Assembly (NCBI GenBank): GCA_965204535.1
Contig: CBDBEV010000001.1
Coordinates: 256,001 to 320,000, forward strand
Direction: 5' to 3'
Source: a bacterium
GTDB taxonomy: Bacteria; UBA8248
DNA length: 64,000 nt
Below, piece after piece: positions 48,289-58,354 of the stretch (the stretch's first letter is position 1; each line of letters starts with the position of its first letter). The translations under genes and the position numbers were made by a program. The notes beneath the pieces were generated by a model. The model was not told the DNA's origin. It saw only the letters and a program-made list of their open reading frames with translations, and did not search any database.

Positions 48289-51200
48289 CTAGATGCTCAT
48301 TTCTCCTTTCTGTGGAGAATGCACATCTACTTCTTCTCTCGTCAACCATCTGCCCGTCCAGATCCGCCACCAAAACCGCCCTACGTCGTTTCCTATCAAT
48401 GAAATGACAGGAACCAGAACGAGAGTTATCACCGTGGCGAAAAGCAGTCCGAAGCATAAACTAATCGCCATGGGAATCAAGAATTGCGCCTGGAAGCTTT
48501 TCTCGAACAACATCGGCCCCAGGCCTGCGGCTGTTGTGAGTGTAGTCAGAACAATGGCTCTCCATCTTGCGACACCGGCACGCTGCAGCGCGTCTTCTAT
48601 AGGCATCCCGTCTCTGATACTTCGGTTCGCGAAATCCAAAAGAACCAAAGAGTCATTCACCACAACGCCTGTAAGAGCCAATATCCCCATCATGCTCAAG
48701 ATGGAGATATCGAAACCCATAACAATATGCCCCCATATTGCGCCTACGATCCCGAACGGAATGGCGCTCATAACGACGAAGGGCTGGAAATAGCTTCTGA
48801 ACAATGTAGCCAAAATCGCAAAAATAACGGCTATTGCAAGCGCAAAAGCGCGAAACAGGCTGGCGAATGATTCACTCGTCTCTTTGGCCTGACCCTCGAA
48901 TCGAATTCCTACACCGTGATAGCGGTTCAGGAGTTTTGGAATGAAATTCGCATTCAAGTCATTCAGAACCTCGGTGGGATTGGCGCGGTCCGGGTCGATT
49001 TCGGCCGTTACGTTAATTGCTCTAGTTCTGGCTACTCGTCTTATTGCATCAAGGCCTTGAATCATCTCGACTTCCGCCACCTCATGGAAAGGGATTTCCG
49101 CCCCCGATGACGTCCTGACCCTCATTTTCCTGATGTCTTCCAGAGAACGCCTCTCCTCGGACGGATAGCGAAGTTTGACCTTCACGTCATCCCGGCCACG
49201 TTGCAGGCGCAGGACTTGCAGCCCGAAAAAGCGCGCGCGCAACTGACGCCCCAGATCATCCAGATTCACTCCCAGCACGCGGGCCTGTGGCTTCAATGAT
49301 GTTCGGAACTCAAGCTTGCCGGACCGGAAATCATCTTGAATATCATATAGGCCGGGGTATTTGGTCAGCTCTCGCTTGAATTCCTGAGCTACTCTTCTCA
49401 AAGCCCCGATGTCATCACCATAGAACTGCACATCGATGGGTTTGCCACCGGGCGGACCGGCTCCTCCTGTACTGAAAGTAAGGCTCGTTACATCGGGAAT
49501 TTCTCCTGTATTCTCACGCCAGCGGTTGATGATTTCCTCCGAGCTGATTCCTCTGGCTTCTGAGGGCAGCATCTCGAGGATCACCTGCGCCATATGGCTC
49601 CCTCCCGCGACGCGCCCGCCGCCTGGGTCAATATTCTCACCCAGTATTGTAAATACATGTTTGACGACCGGCTCACCCGTTTTTGAGCGAACAACCTCGT
49701 CAAGGGCAACGGCTGCCTGCTCAATCCTTTGCGCCGCGTTTTGCGTTTGCCGAATCGGGGTTCCCAGCGGGAACAGAATTTTGACATGCACCCAATCGGA
49801 ATCGATTTTTGGAAAAAATAAAAATTTCACATGTCCGCCAACCGCCAAACCCACCGTCACCATAAAAACGACCAAAGCCAGGGAGAGGACCAGATACCTG
49901 GCGTTGAGGCAAAATCTCAGAATCGGCGCGTAAAATCGATGGATGAGCCAGTTTATGCCTCCATCAATGGCGTTTCTCATACGAGATGAGAGTCCACCTG
50001 CCCTGGGTGGCCGCACCCAATGTCCCAGATGAGCCGGCAGAATAAACAACGATTCGATCAGAGAAGCGATTAACGCGGCGATGATGGCCGCCGGGAGCAC
50101 CGCCATGAATTTCCCGACCGTTCCCTCCACCATCAGCAAGGGAGCGAAAGCCACAATGGATGTCACGACCGTGGCGGCAACCGGCAGGACGACTTCATAA
50201 CAGCCGTCAATAGCGGCCTGAACGCGATTTTTGCCTCTTTCCATATGCGAATAGATATTTTCAGCCACTACGATGGCGTCGTCCACCAGTATCCCCAAAA
50301 CCATGATGAAGGCGAACATCGAGAGCATGTTGAGCGTGCCGCCGGAGAAGTTCAAAAAACCCAAAGCCGTCAACAGGGAGACGGGAATTCCCATCGCCAC
50401 CCAAAAAGAAAGGCGAATGTTCAAAAACAGCCACATGGAGATGAAAACCAAAAAGAGTCCGACGCGACCGTTTCTCAGCAGAAGATCGAGCCGGTCCCGT
50501 ATCATGCGCGAGGTATCCGCCCAATGGGCCAAATCCAGTCCTTCGGGCAGTTCTTTCCGCTTTTTCTTTACATATTCAACTACCGTTTTAGAAATCGAAA
50601 GCGCATCTTCCTCATCGGTTCGATACACCAGGATGAGCGCAGCCGGTTTGCCGTTGAATCGACCCGATTTATCGTTGTCTTCAAAAGCGTCGACCACACG
50701 AGCAATATCACCGAGTCTCAAAATCGCGCCGTCTTTTTGGGTAAGTATTTCAAGCCGCTCGAACTCGGGTCCCGTGTAACGCTTTCCCAACGTCCTGATT
50801 CTGATTCTCCGCTCCGCAGAACGGATGTCTCCGCCTGAAAGTTCCAGCACATTCTTGCGAATGATATTCGCCACCCGGTCAAACGTCAGACCATAGCGGC
50901 GCAACATCTCCTCAGAGACTTCGATTGAAATTTCCCAATCTCTCAAGCCGCTCAGAACCACCTTTGAAATGTCGGGCAAATCCAGCAATTCATCTTTGAT
51001 CTCCGTGGCTTTTCGTTTCAGGGCTTCTTCGGACACATTGCCGAACAAGGAAAGACGAATTACTTGATTTATCCGCTTTACTTCCGAAACGATGGGTCTT
51101 TCTATGTTCTCGGGAAATGTCCTGATACGGTCGATTTCGCTTCGGATATCTTCCATCAAATCCCGGGAGTTCTTGATCCAGGCATGTAGTTCCACGGCAA

Positions 51201-51474
51201 TATCACAACGACCCTCATAAGCAACCGAAGTAATCTTTTTTACCCCTTCGACGCCGGTCAGGGCCTCTTCGATCTTGATGCAAATACCCTCTTCCACCTC
51301 CGCAGGACTCGCGCCCTCCCACACCACGTTGACGCTCACCCGATCGAGGGCGAATTGAGGGAGCAACTCGCTGCGGATTTGAAAAACGGCGACAACACCG
51401 ATAATCAGCATTATCCCCATGAGAAGGTTGGCGAAAACGGTATGCCGTGCAGACCAATTCAGAATTTGCTTCAT
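48289..51474 (-). CDS. RND efflux permease (AcrB/CusA superfamily)
   Basis: 1061 aa; LGILVDDAIVVAENI, GVVVNDSLVL, RAIVLTTLTT. Confidence 0.93.
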   Translation of the reverse strand: MKQILNWSARHTVFANLLMGIMLIIGVVAVFQIRSELLPQFALDRVSVNVVWEGASPAEVEEGICIKIEEALTGVEGVKKITSVAYEGRCDIAVELHAWIKNSRDLMEDIRSEIDRIRTFPENIERPIVSEVKRINQVIRLSLFGNVSEEALKRKATEIKDELLDLPDISKVVLSGLRDWEISIEVSEEMLRRYGLTFDRVANIIRKNVLELSGGDIRSAERRIRIRTLGKRYTGPEFERLEILTQKDGAILRLGDIARVVDAFEDNDKSGRFNGKPAALILVYRTDEEDALSISKTVVEYVKKKRKELPEGLDLAHWADTSRMIRDRLDLLLRNGRVGLFLVFISMWLFLNIRLSFWVAMGIPVSLLTALGFLNFSGGTLNMLSMFAFIMVLGILVDDAIVVAENIYSHMERGKNRVQAAIDGCYEVVLPVAATVVTSIVAFAPLLMVEGTVGKFMAVLPAAIIAALIASLIESLFILPAHLGHWVRPPRAGGLSSRMRNAIDGGINWLIHRFYAPILRFCLNARYLVLSLALVVFMVTVGLAVGGHVKFLFFPKIDSDWVHVKILFPLGTPIRQTQNAAQRIEQAAVALDEVVRSKTGEPVVKHVFTILGENIDPGGGRVAGGSHMAQVILEMLPSEARGISSEEIINRWRENTGEIPDVTSLTFSTGGAGPPGGKPIDVQFYGDDIGALRRVAQEFKRELTKYPGLYDIQDDFRSGKLEFRTSLKPQARVLGVNLDDLGRQLRARFFGLQVLRLQRGRDDVKVKLRYPSEERRSLEDIRKMRVRTSSGAEIPFHEVAEVEMIQGLDAIRRVARTRAINVTAEIDPDRANPTEVLNDLNANFIPKLLNRYHGVGIRFEGQAKETSESFASLFRAFALAIAVIFAILATLFRSYFQPFVVMSAIPFGIVGAIWGHIVMGFDISILSMMGILALTGVVVNDSLVLLDFANRSIRDGMPIEDALQRAGVARWRAIVLTTLTTAAGLGPMLFEKSFQAQFLIPMAISLCFGLLFATVITLVLVPVISLIGNDVGRFWWRIWTGRWLTREEVDVHSPQKGEMSI

Positions 51475-52796
51475 TGAGCGGAAGCCCCTCCGGCAATCCC
51501 GTTTTGATCGTTGAGTCTCATGCCGGAAACGGGGTCGGGGATCGCGGAAATAATGATGCGGGCGTTTTCGTTCACTCCGTTTCTGATGACGACGCCATCC
51601 TGACCTTTTCGAATGACTTCCACCTTCTGGATTCTGAGTTTCCCCTCATTCAACAAATAAACATGATCCCGTTCTCGCAATGCGGCACGCGGAATAACGA
51701 ACACGTCAGGCATCGTGACGCCTTTTATATTCACTTCAACGAACATTCCCACGAAAAGGGGAGGACGCTCCCCGGGCATCCAATTCTTCATTGGCTCAGG
51801 AATTTCGACCACGAGCGTCAGCGCGCGCGTGGACTCATCCAGACCCGAGTCCACCAGCGAGACCCGCCCGCGCCATTCGACCTTCTCTCCAAACTGACCC
51901 CACGATACCCTCGCCGTGGGCAAAAACGGCTTCACCTCCTCCTGGCTGCGCGGAAACGCCGCCCCCTGATTGCGGCGAAACACCCAGCGCGCATCCTCGA
52001 CAGGCAGGGAAACCGGGACTTCCAGCACGGAAACATCATAAATTTTACCAACGGATCTACCCGCACTGGCGAAATCCCCCACGTCCAGACTCGTTTCCCG
52101 CACCCGTGCATCGAATGGAGACACGAGCTTCGTGCGCGATAACTGCAAAGCTGCCCTCTTGAGCTCCGAGCGGCTCGCATTGAGCGCCGCACGTTTCTGC
52201 CTCAACTGAACGGGCAGTAGGGCCAGAACGTTTTTTATGGACTGAACCGTCCTTTCTTGCCTGAGAAAATTTTGTTGTGATTGATCATATTGCCCGGAAG
52301 AAATAACGCCTTGTCTTCGCAATCTGTTATTGCGTTCCCTTTCCTGGGAAACCAATTCCAGATGGCGCTCGGCGATTTCCAGATCGGCCTGGTGGTTCTT
52401 CTCCTCCTGCCTCAATCGAGCGATGTCGGCTCTGAGTTGCGCGATTTCCGCCTTGCGCCGTTCGATGGCGAGTTCGTAATCCGCCGGGTCGATTTGAAAC
52501 AGCAAATCCCCTTTTTTGATGAAGCCGCCCGTTCTGAATCCGCTTGATCGCTCGACCACCTTCCCCGACACTTCGGGCACGATGGAAAGCTCCTTCTTGG
52601 GCCGCACGGTTCCGAATCCCTTCACCCAGAAGGTTTTGTCCTGTTTTTTCAAGAGCATCGTTCTGACGAATCTGCGCGGCTCCGGGGCAATTACAACCTC
52701 GGGTTTCGGCCGATTTTGAATCACCAGTCTTGTAATCACCGCCCCGGCCGCCAGAACCACGACGGCCAGAACGATAAAGACCTTTTGACGGGACAT
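51471..52796 (-). CDS. RND membrane fusion protein
   Basis: N-terminal TM anchor, GTVRP, PEVSGKV, KGDLLFQID, coiled coil, SPFD, GMFV. Confidence 0.92.
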   Translation of the reverse strand: MSRQKVFIVLAVVVLAAGAVITRLVIQNRPKPEVVIAPEPRRFVRTMLLKKQDKTFWVKGFGTVRPKKELSIVPEVSGKVVERSSGFRTGGFIKKGDLLFQIDPADYELAIERRKAEIAQLRADIARLRQEEKNHQADLEIAERHLELVSQERERNNRLRRQGVISSGQYDQSQQNFLRQERTVQSIKNVLALLPVQLRQKRAALNASRSELKRAALQLSRTKLVSPFDARVRETSLDVGDFASAGRSVGKIYDVSVLEVPVSLPVEDARWVFRRNQGAAFPRSQEEVKPFLPTARVSWGQFGEKVEWRGRVSLVDSGLDESTRALTLVVEIPEPMKNWMPGERPPLFVGMFVEVNIKGVTMPDVFVIPRAALRERDHVYLLNEGKLRIQKVEVIRKGQDGVVIRNGVNENARIIISAIPDPVSGMRLNDQNGIAGGASAQ

Positions 52797-53004
52797 TATA
52801 TTTTCAGCCTCTCCTCTCTAAGCGGCGATACGACGAGCCATGCGGTAAAACCCTTGAGCGGTCTGCCGGGGGACTTGCATTTCTCGGAAACTTCAAGAGA
52901 ATCCATGTATAGCACGCCTCCTTACCCCTATCAGCAGTGGCCCTTTGTGTCAAAAACCCGGTATCCTGCAAACAACTATGGCACACATCAAAAAGGAAGT
53001 GGAA

Positions 53005-53895
53005 ATGCACGAAAACATCACTTATTTCAGCGACGGCCTCAAAATCGCCGCGCATCTCTACCGTCCTCCCGACTGGCGGCCCGGCGACCCGCCTCGGCCG
53101 GGAATCGTCTGCGTCACGGGATACAGCGGTCGAAAGAATCTGGCCACGATCGACATGCCCATCCACCTGAGCAAAGCAGGGTTTTTCACTCTCGCGCCCG
53201 ATTATCGCGGCTATGGCGTCAGCGAGGGTGCTCGCGGGCGTCACCGTCCGTTGGAACAAGCCCAGGACACCCACGACGGGATCACCTATCTGCAAACAAT
53301 AGATGGCGTGGATCCTGAGCGAATCGGCCTCTACGGCACCAGTTTTGGCGGTGCGCACGCCATCTGGGTGGCGGCATTCGACGAGCGGGTGAAGGCGACC
53401 GTCTCCGCCGTGGGAGTGCACGACGGCGAACGCTGGCTGAGAGCATTGAGGAGGCCTTATGAGTGGCTCGCCTTCAAGTCCCGAATCCAGGAAGCCGCCC
53501 GGAAGCGCGTGACCACCAATGAGCGGGAAACGATTATCCGCCACGACATTTACAGCGACGACCCGGACAACCCCAAACCACCGATGACGCTGGAGGAGCA
53601 CGGCTCCGAGGAAGTGCTCGAACTCGACCTCGAAAGCGTGGAGGCGTGTTTTCGATATCGCCCCGAATGGGTGGCCGGGAAAATCTCGCCCAGGCCCGTC
53701 TTGTTCATCTACGGGGAAGAAGACGTCATGGTTTCCCCCTCCGAGGCGCACGCCTGCTACGCGGCCTGTGGAGAACCCAAGAAAATCGTCATGCTTCCCA
53801 GGGGACGCCACAACGACATCTATCAAGTGAACAACCCCGAACTCTTCGAGACGGCCTTGAAGGAAACGACGGCCTGGTTCCGGGGGCATTTATAG
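53005..53895 (+). CDS. Alpha/beta hydrolase
   Basis: DYRGYGVSEG, GLYGTSFGG nucleophile elbow, GEED, GRHND. Confidence 0.9.
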   Translation: MHENITYFSDGLKIAAHLYRPPDWRPGDPPRPGIVCVTGYSGRKNLATIDMPIHLSKAGFFTLAPDYRGYGVSEGARGRHRPLEQAQDTHDGITYLQTIDGVDPERIGLYGTSFGGAHAIWVAAFDERVKATVSAVGVHDGERWLRALRRPYEWLAFKSRIQEAARKRVTTNERETIIRHDIYSDDPDNPKPPMTLEEHGSEEVLELDLESVEACFRYRPEWVAGKISPRPVLFIYGEEDVMVSPSEAHACYAACGEPKKIVMLPRGRHNDIYQVNNPELFETALKETTAWFRGHL

Positions 53896-53936
53896 GATTC
53901 GCAGGTAAATCAAGCACATAGGAGGTGATACGAAAC

Positions 53937-54644
53937 ATGGGCGCCACGCTGATATTTCATGGACAATCGACGTTTCTGGTCAAAACCGACGGGGGCAAGA
54001 CCATCTACATCGACCCCTGGCTGGAGAAAAACCCCGTCTGCCCGCCTGAACTCAAAACACCCCAGAAGGCGGACCTCATCTGCCTCACGCACGGCCATTT
54101 CGACCATACGGGCGACGTGATTCCCGTTTTCGAGGCGAATCCATGCCCCGTGGCGGGCCACATGGACCTCATCCGCACCATCGGCGCCGAATACGACCTG
54201 GGCACCCACGCCACCCCCATGGGAAAGGACGGCACGGTCGATTTCGGCGGCGTCCAGCTCACGCTCACCCACGCCTTTCACGGGGGCGCCTACGGGCCGG
54301 AACTGAAATACACCGGCGAGCCCTGCGGTCTGATTCTCACCTTCGAGGACGGCAAACGCCTCTATCATGCGGGGGATACGGCCGTTTTCGGCGACATGCG
54401 CATCATCGCCGAACTCTACACGCCCGATCTGTGCTGCCTGCCCATAGGCGACAGGGCCACCATGGGCGCGCGGCAGGCGGCGCTGGCCTGTGAACTGCTC
54501 GAAGCCAAGCGCGTCGTGCCCATCCACCACTCGAGCCTGCCCCACCTGACGGGAACGCCCGAGGCGTTCATCGAGGAGGTTAGGAAGAGGGGCCTCGATA
54601 CGGAAATCATCGTCCTGAAGCCGGGGGAGAGCGTAACGCTCTGA
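53937..54644 (+). CDS. Metallo-beta-lactamase-fold hydrolase (UPF0173-like)
   Basis: IDPW, THGHFDH, YHAGDT, LPIGD, PIHH. Confidence 0.9.
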   Translation: MGATLIFHGQSTFLVKTDGGKTIYIDPWLEKNPVCPPELKTPQKADLICLTHGHFDHTGDVIPVFEANPCPVAGHMDLIRTIGAEYDLGTHATPMGKDGTVDFGGVQLTLTHAFHGGAYGPELKYTGEPCGLILTFEDGKRLYHAGDTAVFGDMRIIAELYTPDLCCLPIGDRATMGARQAALACELLEAKRVVPIHHSSLPHLTGTPEAFIEEVRKRGLDTEIIVLKPGESVTL

Positions 54645-54655
54645 TTTAGCTTGAC

Positions 54656-55099
54656 TTAATCGCTCGGCCGCTCGATGAGTTCGAGCGTGTTGCCGTCGGG
54701 ATCCTCGAGATAGACGACGAAGCCGCCCTTGTTGGGTCCCTGCGTGACGGGCACGGGCGGCGAGACGAACCGCACCCCCCTGGGCTTGAGCGCCTCGTAC
54801 ATCCCGTTGAGATCATTCACGTTATAGGCGATGTGCGCGCTGCCCACGTTGTTCGTGGCCGTGTCTATCTTAACGCCCGGCGCGCCCACGTATTCGACCA
54901 GTTCGATGTTGTATTCGCCGCCCCGGATGTAGATGATGCGAAGGTCGGCGCCTGCGATGCCGGTCACCTTCTCGCTGTAGTCCCGGGGCCGGGTTTCATC
55001 GGAAAGTATCGTAAAATCAAGGGTTTCGCAGTACCATTGGGCAATCGCCCGAGCGTCGGACACCGTGAAACTCGTATGGTTGATGCTCACAAGACCCAT
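54656..55099 (-). CDS. VOC/glyoxalase-family protein
   Basis: NHTSFTVSD, IELVEY, HIAYNV, YLEDPDGNTLELIE. Confidence 0.9.
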   Translation of the reverse strand: MGLVSINHTSFTVSDARAIAQWYCETLDFTILSDETRPRDYSEKVTGIAGADLRIIYIRGGEYNIELVEYVGAPGVKIDTATNNVGSAHIAYNVNDLNGMYEALKPRGVRFVSPPVPVTQGPNKGGFVVYLEDPDGNTLELIERPSD

Positions 55100-55435
55100 C
55101 TCGCGCCTCCTTTTGCGCCATCGGTTCGGAAACGTACGCCCCCTCGCTTCGCCAATTTTCCAGGCGCAATTATGGCATATCGCCGTATTTAATTTTTAGA
55201 AATTTATCAGACACGTTCATAATTTAGCTCTATAGACAATGATACTATCTGATACTCTCAGGTATGATAAATTGCTGTATTAAAAGCGGTAATTATCATA
55301 CTTTCTTTTTCGCCTCCTCTTGTATTTACGTCATATTTACGCCATAGCGGACGCATGTTTGATGCCGGACGTATGCGATTTGATTACGGATCGTTCATAT
55401 CCTCCGGCCCGAGGCACGATTTCCGGGGAGTACCC

Positions 55436-56605
55436 ATGCCGAAAAGAAGGGAACGCAAGCTTACCAAACGTGTCGTCGACGCGCTATCCGCCGAGAAGGA
55501 CGACGCCGTCTTCTGGGACCGGGAGCTCACGGGCTTCGGGGTGCGGGTCTACCCCACCGGCTCAAAAGTCTACGTCGCCCAGGCGCGGGGGCCTAAGGGA
55601 CCCAAACGGGTGGCGGTGGGCCGCCACGGGGTGATCCATGCGGAGGAGGCCAAGAAGCGCGCGGCGCTCGTCATCGCGCGAATCAAGGCGGGCGAGGAGG
55701 CGGTTCCCGAACCGATCAAGCCCGCCTGTGGCCCCACCGTGGCCGAACTCGCGAAACGCTATCTCGCCGAATACGTTTCGGTGCGGTGCAAGCCGCGCAC
55801 CGTGAAGACGCTCCGCTCCGTGGTCGGCAGGAACATCGTCCCGGCGCTGGGAAAGCTGCCTCTCGCATCGGTCGAGCGCGCCCACGTCGCGCAAATACAC
55901 CAGAGACTGAGCGCCACGCCCGCGGCGGCGAACCATGCCGTCCGGGCGCTGTCCGCGATGTACCGCTTGGCAGAGGAGTGGGGCATGGTTCCAGAGAGGA
56001 CGAACCCGTGCCGCGCCATCGCCGAATACCCGGTCGGCCGCCGGGAACGCTTCCTCACCGAGGCGGAATTCATGCGCCTGGGAAAGGCGCTCGACCAGGT
56101 CGAGACGGAGGGCGGCGCGTCGGCGAGCGCGGTGGCCGCCATCCGTCTCCTGATGGTGACCGGGTGCCGGAAGTCCGAGATCCTCACGCTGCGCTGGGAG
56201 GAGGTGGCGCTCGATCAAGCGGAACTACGGCTCTCAGACTCCAAGACAGGCGCGCGGGTCGTTTCGCTCTCGGAGCCCGCGGTGAAACTCCTCGCCGCTC
56301 TGCCGCGCACCCCCGGGGTCCCCTGGGTGCTCCCCGGCAGGAAGCCGGGCACGCACCTCCGGAAGCTCGACGACGCCTGGCAGGTCGTCCGCTCGCGCGC
56401 GGGGCTCGCCGACGTGCGTCTCCATGACCTGCGCCATTCGTTCGCCTCGCGCGCCCTGGCGCTGGGCGAGGGACTCACCGTGATAGGCAAACTCCTGGGC
56501 CACGCGAGGATCGAGACCACCTCGCGCTACGCGCACCTCGCGCGCGACTCGGCGCAGGAGGCGGCCGGGCGGGTCGCCGCGAGCATCGCCGAAGACATGC
56601 TTTAG
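55436..56605 (+). CDS. Tyrosine recombinase/integrase with N-terminal arm-binding domain
   Basis: WDRELTGFGVRV, TGCRKSE, SKTG, HDLRHSFAS, LLGH, RYAH. Confidence 0.93.
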   Translation: MPKRRERKLTKRVVDALSAEKDDAVFWDRELTGFGVRVYPTGSKVYVAQARGPKGPKRVAVGRHGVIHAEEAKKRAALVIARIKAGEEAVPEPIKPACGPTVAELAKRYLAEYVSVRCKPRTVKTLRSVVGRNIVPALGKLPLASVERAHVAQIHQRLSATPAAANHAVRALSAMYRLAEEWGMVPERTNPCRAIAEYPVGRRERFLTEAEFMRLGKALDQVETEGGASASAVAAIRLLMVTGCRKSEILTLRWEEVALDQAELRLSDSKTGARVVSLSEPAVKLLAALPRTPGVPWVLPGRKPGTHLRKLDDAWQVVRSRAGLADVRLHDLRHSFASRALALGEGLTVIGKLLGHARIETTSRYAHLARDSAQEAAGRVAASIAEDML

Positions 56606-56851
56606 GAAAACCCTCCGGAACACATCGCGCCTGTAGCGGCCGGACACCGGCCTGCGAAAGCTTTCCCTCCCCGGTGCGGGACGACCTCGAAGAGTGGTCG
56701 TCACTTGACTCCTTCTTCAGTCGGGAAAGCGCTGCACAAATGAGGATCTCGAATATTTCCGGCGGGAGACCGGCGCCGCCATGGCGCGATCGGGTGGCAC
56801 GGCCCGATCCGCGCATTGAGCGGTTATACGCAGGCCGATGACGGCGAGGCG

Positions 56852-57253
56852 CTATTCGTCGAAGTGGTAGTCGACCTGGTCGAAGCGGTCACGTGCGAAC
56901 GAGAATACCAGGATGAGCGGTTCCGCGCCGGTGCAGTGCAACGTGTGCCTGGCATTGGGCGGAATATAGGCGGCCCATCCGGGCCCGACGTCGGCCGCAC
57001 GGTCATCGATTTCCATGCGCCCGCGCCCCTGCACGATGTAATAGGTCTCTTCCGGCCCGTGGTGATGCAGCAAGAGCCGCTCGCCCGGCGGGATCTCCGC
57101 GATGCCGGTGACGAGCCCGGCGCTCCCCGTGCGTTCGCCCGCGGTCAGGAGTTTCCAGCGGATGGCGCTGCGCGTGGCGACATCGGCATCCTCCCACCCT
57201 TCCCAGGGCAAATCCGCCTGATCGATGATGACGGGCCGCGTGTGAATTCTCAT
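56852..57253 (-). CDS. Cupin, DddK/DddW (DMSP lyase)-like
   Basis: RWKLL, GLVTGIAEI.PG, HHHGPEETYY...G.G, YIPPNARH, F..DRF..VDY. Confidence 0.7.
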   Translation of the reverse strand: MRIHTRPVIIDQADLPWEGWEDADVATRSAIRWKLLTAGERTGSAGLVTGIAEIPPGERLLLHHHGPEETYYIVQGRGRMEIDDRAADVGPGWAAYIPPNARHTLHCTGAEPLILVFSFARDRFDQVDYHFDE

Positions 57254-57719
57254 CGTGATTCGCCCTTTCTTCGGCGCCGGGCACAACGGCGGCGGGAAGT
57301 CTTGCTGAACCCGAAGCGGCCGCTGCAAAGACTTCCTTCGCGCATTTGCCGTCCCGCCGGCAGCAGCACCGGTCCCGCCGAAGCGGCGCAGGCGGACGAA
57401 ACAAATGTGAGTCGGGATGACAAGGATTGCAACTGATTTCCGGGAAATTTCCTGATTTTCCAGGCAATTTATGATTATTTTTTCTCGAGAGGCTCGCGTT
57501 CCGCCCCCGCCGCGAGCAGGCGGCGCACCCGTGCGCTCAGGCTGTTCCCGTCGTTTCGGTTCATATGCGTCTCTCCTTCGCGTTCGAACCTTCGCCCCGA
57601 TCGATCCTCCGGCGTCATGCGAGCAGGGGCGCCCATCGCCCGCTTTCAGGAGAAAAATAAGGCAAAAAAGCTCGTTTGCAAGCGTTTTTTATATCCAGTT
57701 CCCTGCGCTCGCGCGCCAT

Positions 57720-58090
57720 ACGCGGACTCGCATACGACCGGCTACGCGGGGGTGGGATAAAAAATTTTTCCGCAGCGCGCCTCGCCCAAGCCCCGCGCCG
57801 GCGAGAGGCAGAGCCGGGCCGGGAGGGGGCGGCGGAAGAACGTCCGGGAGAGGACGTTCTCCGCCTTCCCGACCACCCACAGCAAGGAGGCGCGCAATGC
57901 GGTCCGTGCGCCGCGCTCGAAGAAGGACGCGCTCCAAAGAAGAACGCCGCGAGCCGGGCGCGCTACGCAAAAAGGCGTGCGCAGAGGCTCTGCGTGGACT
58001 GTGGCCGGCCGGCTGGCCTTGCGAGCGTATTGCCCCCGTTTTTCGGCTGCCGGAGAGGAAGGGGAGGAACACGAATGAGAAATCGCGTAG
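57720..58090 (+). pseudogene. Degenerate Arg-rich, Cys-pair (zinc-finger-like) repeat ORF remnant
   Basis: QCGPC and RARYAKRRAQRLCVDCG segments without a coherent gene. Confidence 0.35.
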
Positions 58091-58354
58091 AGAGAGCCCG
58101 CAGGCTCTTGCAGCCTGTGGGCGGAATCCGCTACAGTCCGTCATCCGAAGAGGCTGGCAAGAGCGCGCAGCGCCGTCCGGCGCACCAGGCGGAGCCCGCC
58201 CCGGGTTTATCGCAATTCGGCGTTATCCTTTCCAGGTTTTTCTACAGAATTCTGCTATTATGGAAAGTCTACCAAAACGATGACCGGAGGAATGGTTGAG
58301 CCTTCCAGAAGGCGGCATGGCAATGGCAGGACGTAAAAAGTTTTTGGCGAATTC

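Noticed and set aside
42042-56605. Genomic island integrated at tRNA-Ala by the 55.4-kb integrase
   Set aside because: I found no duplicate of the tRNA 3' end, the integrase is 13 kb away, and the genes between look like ordinary metabolism
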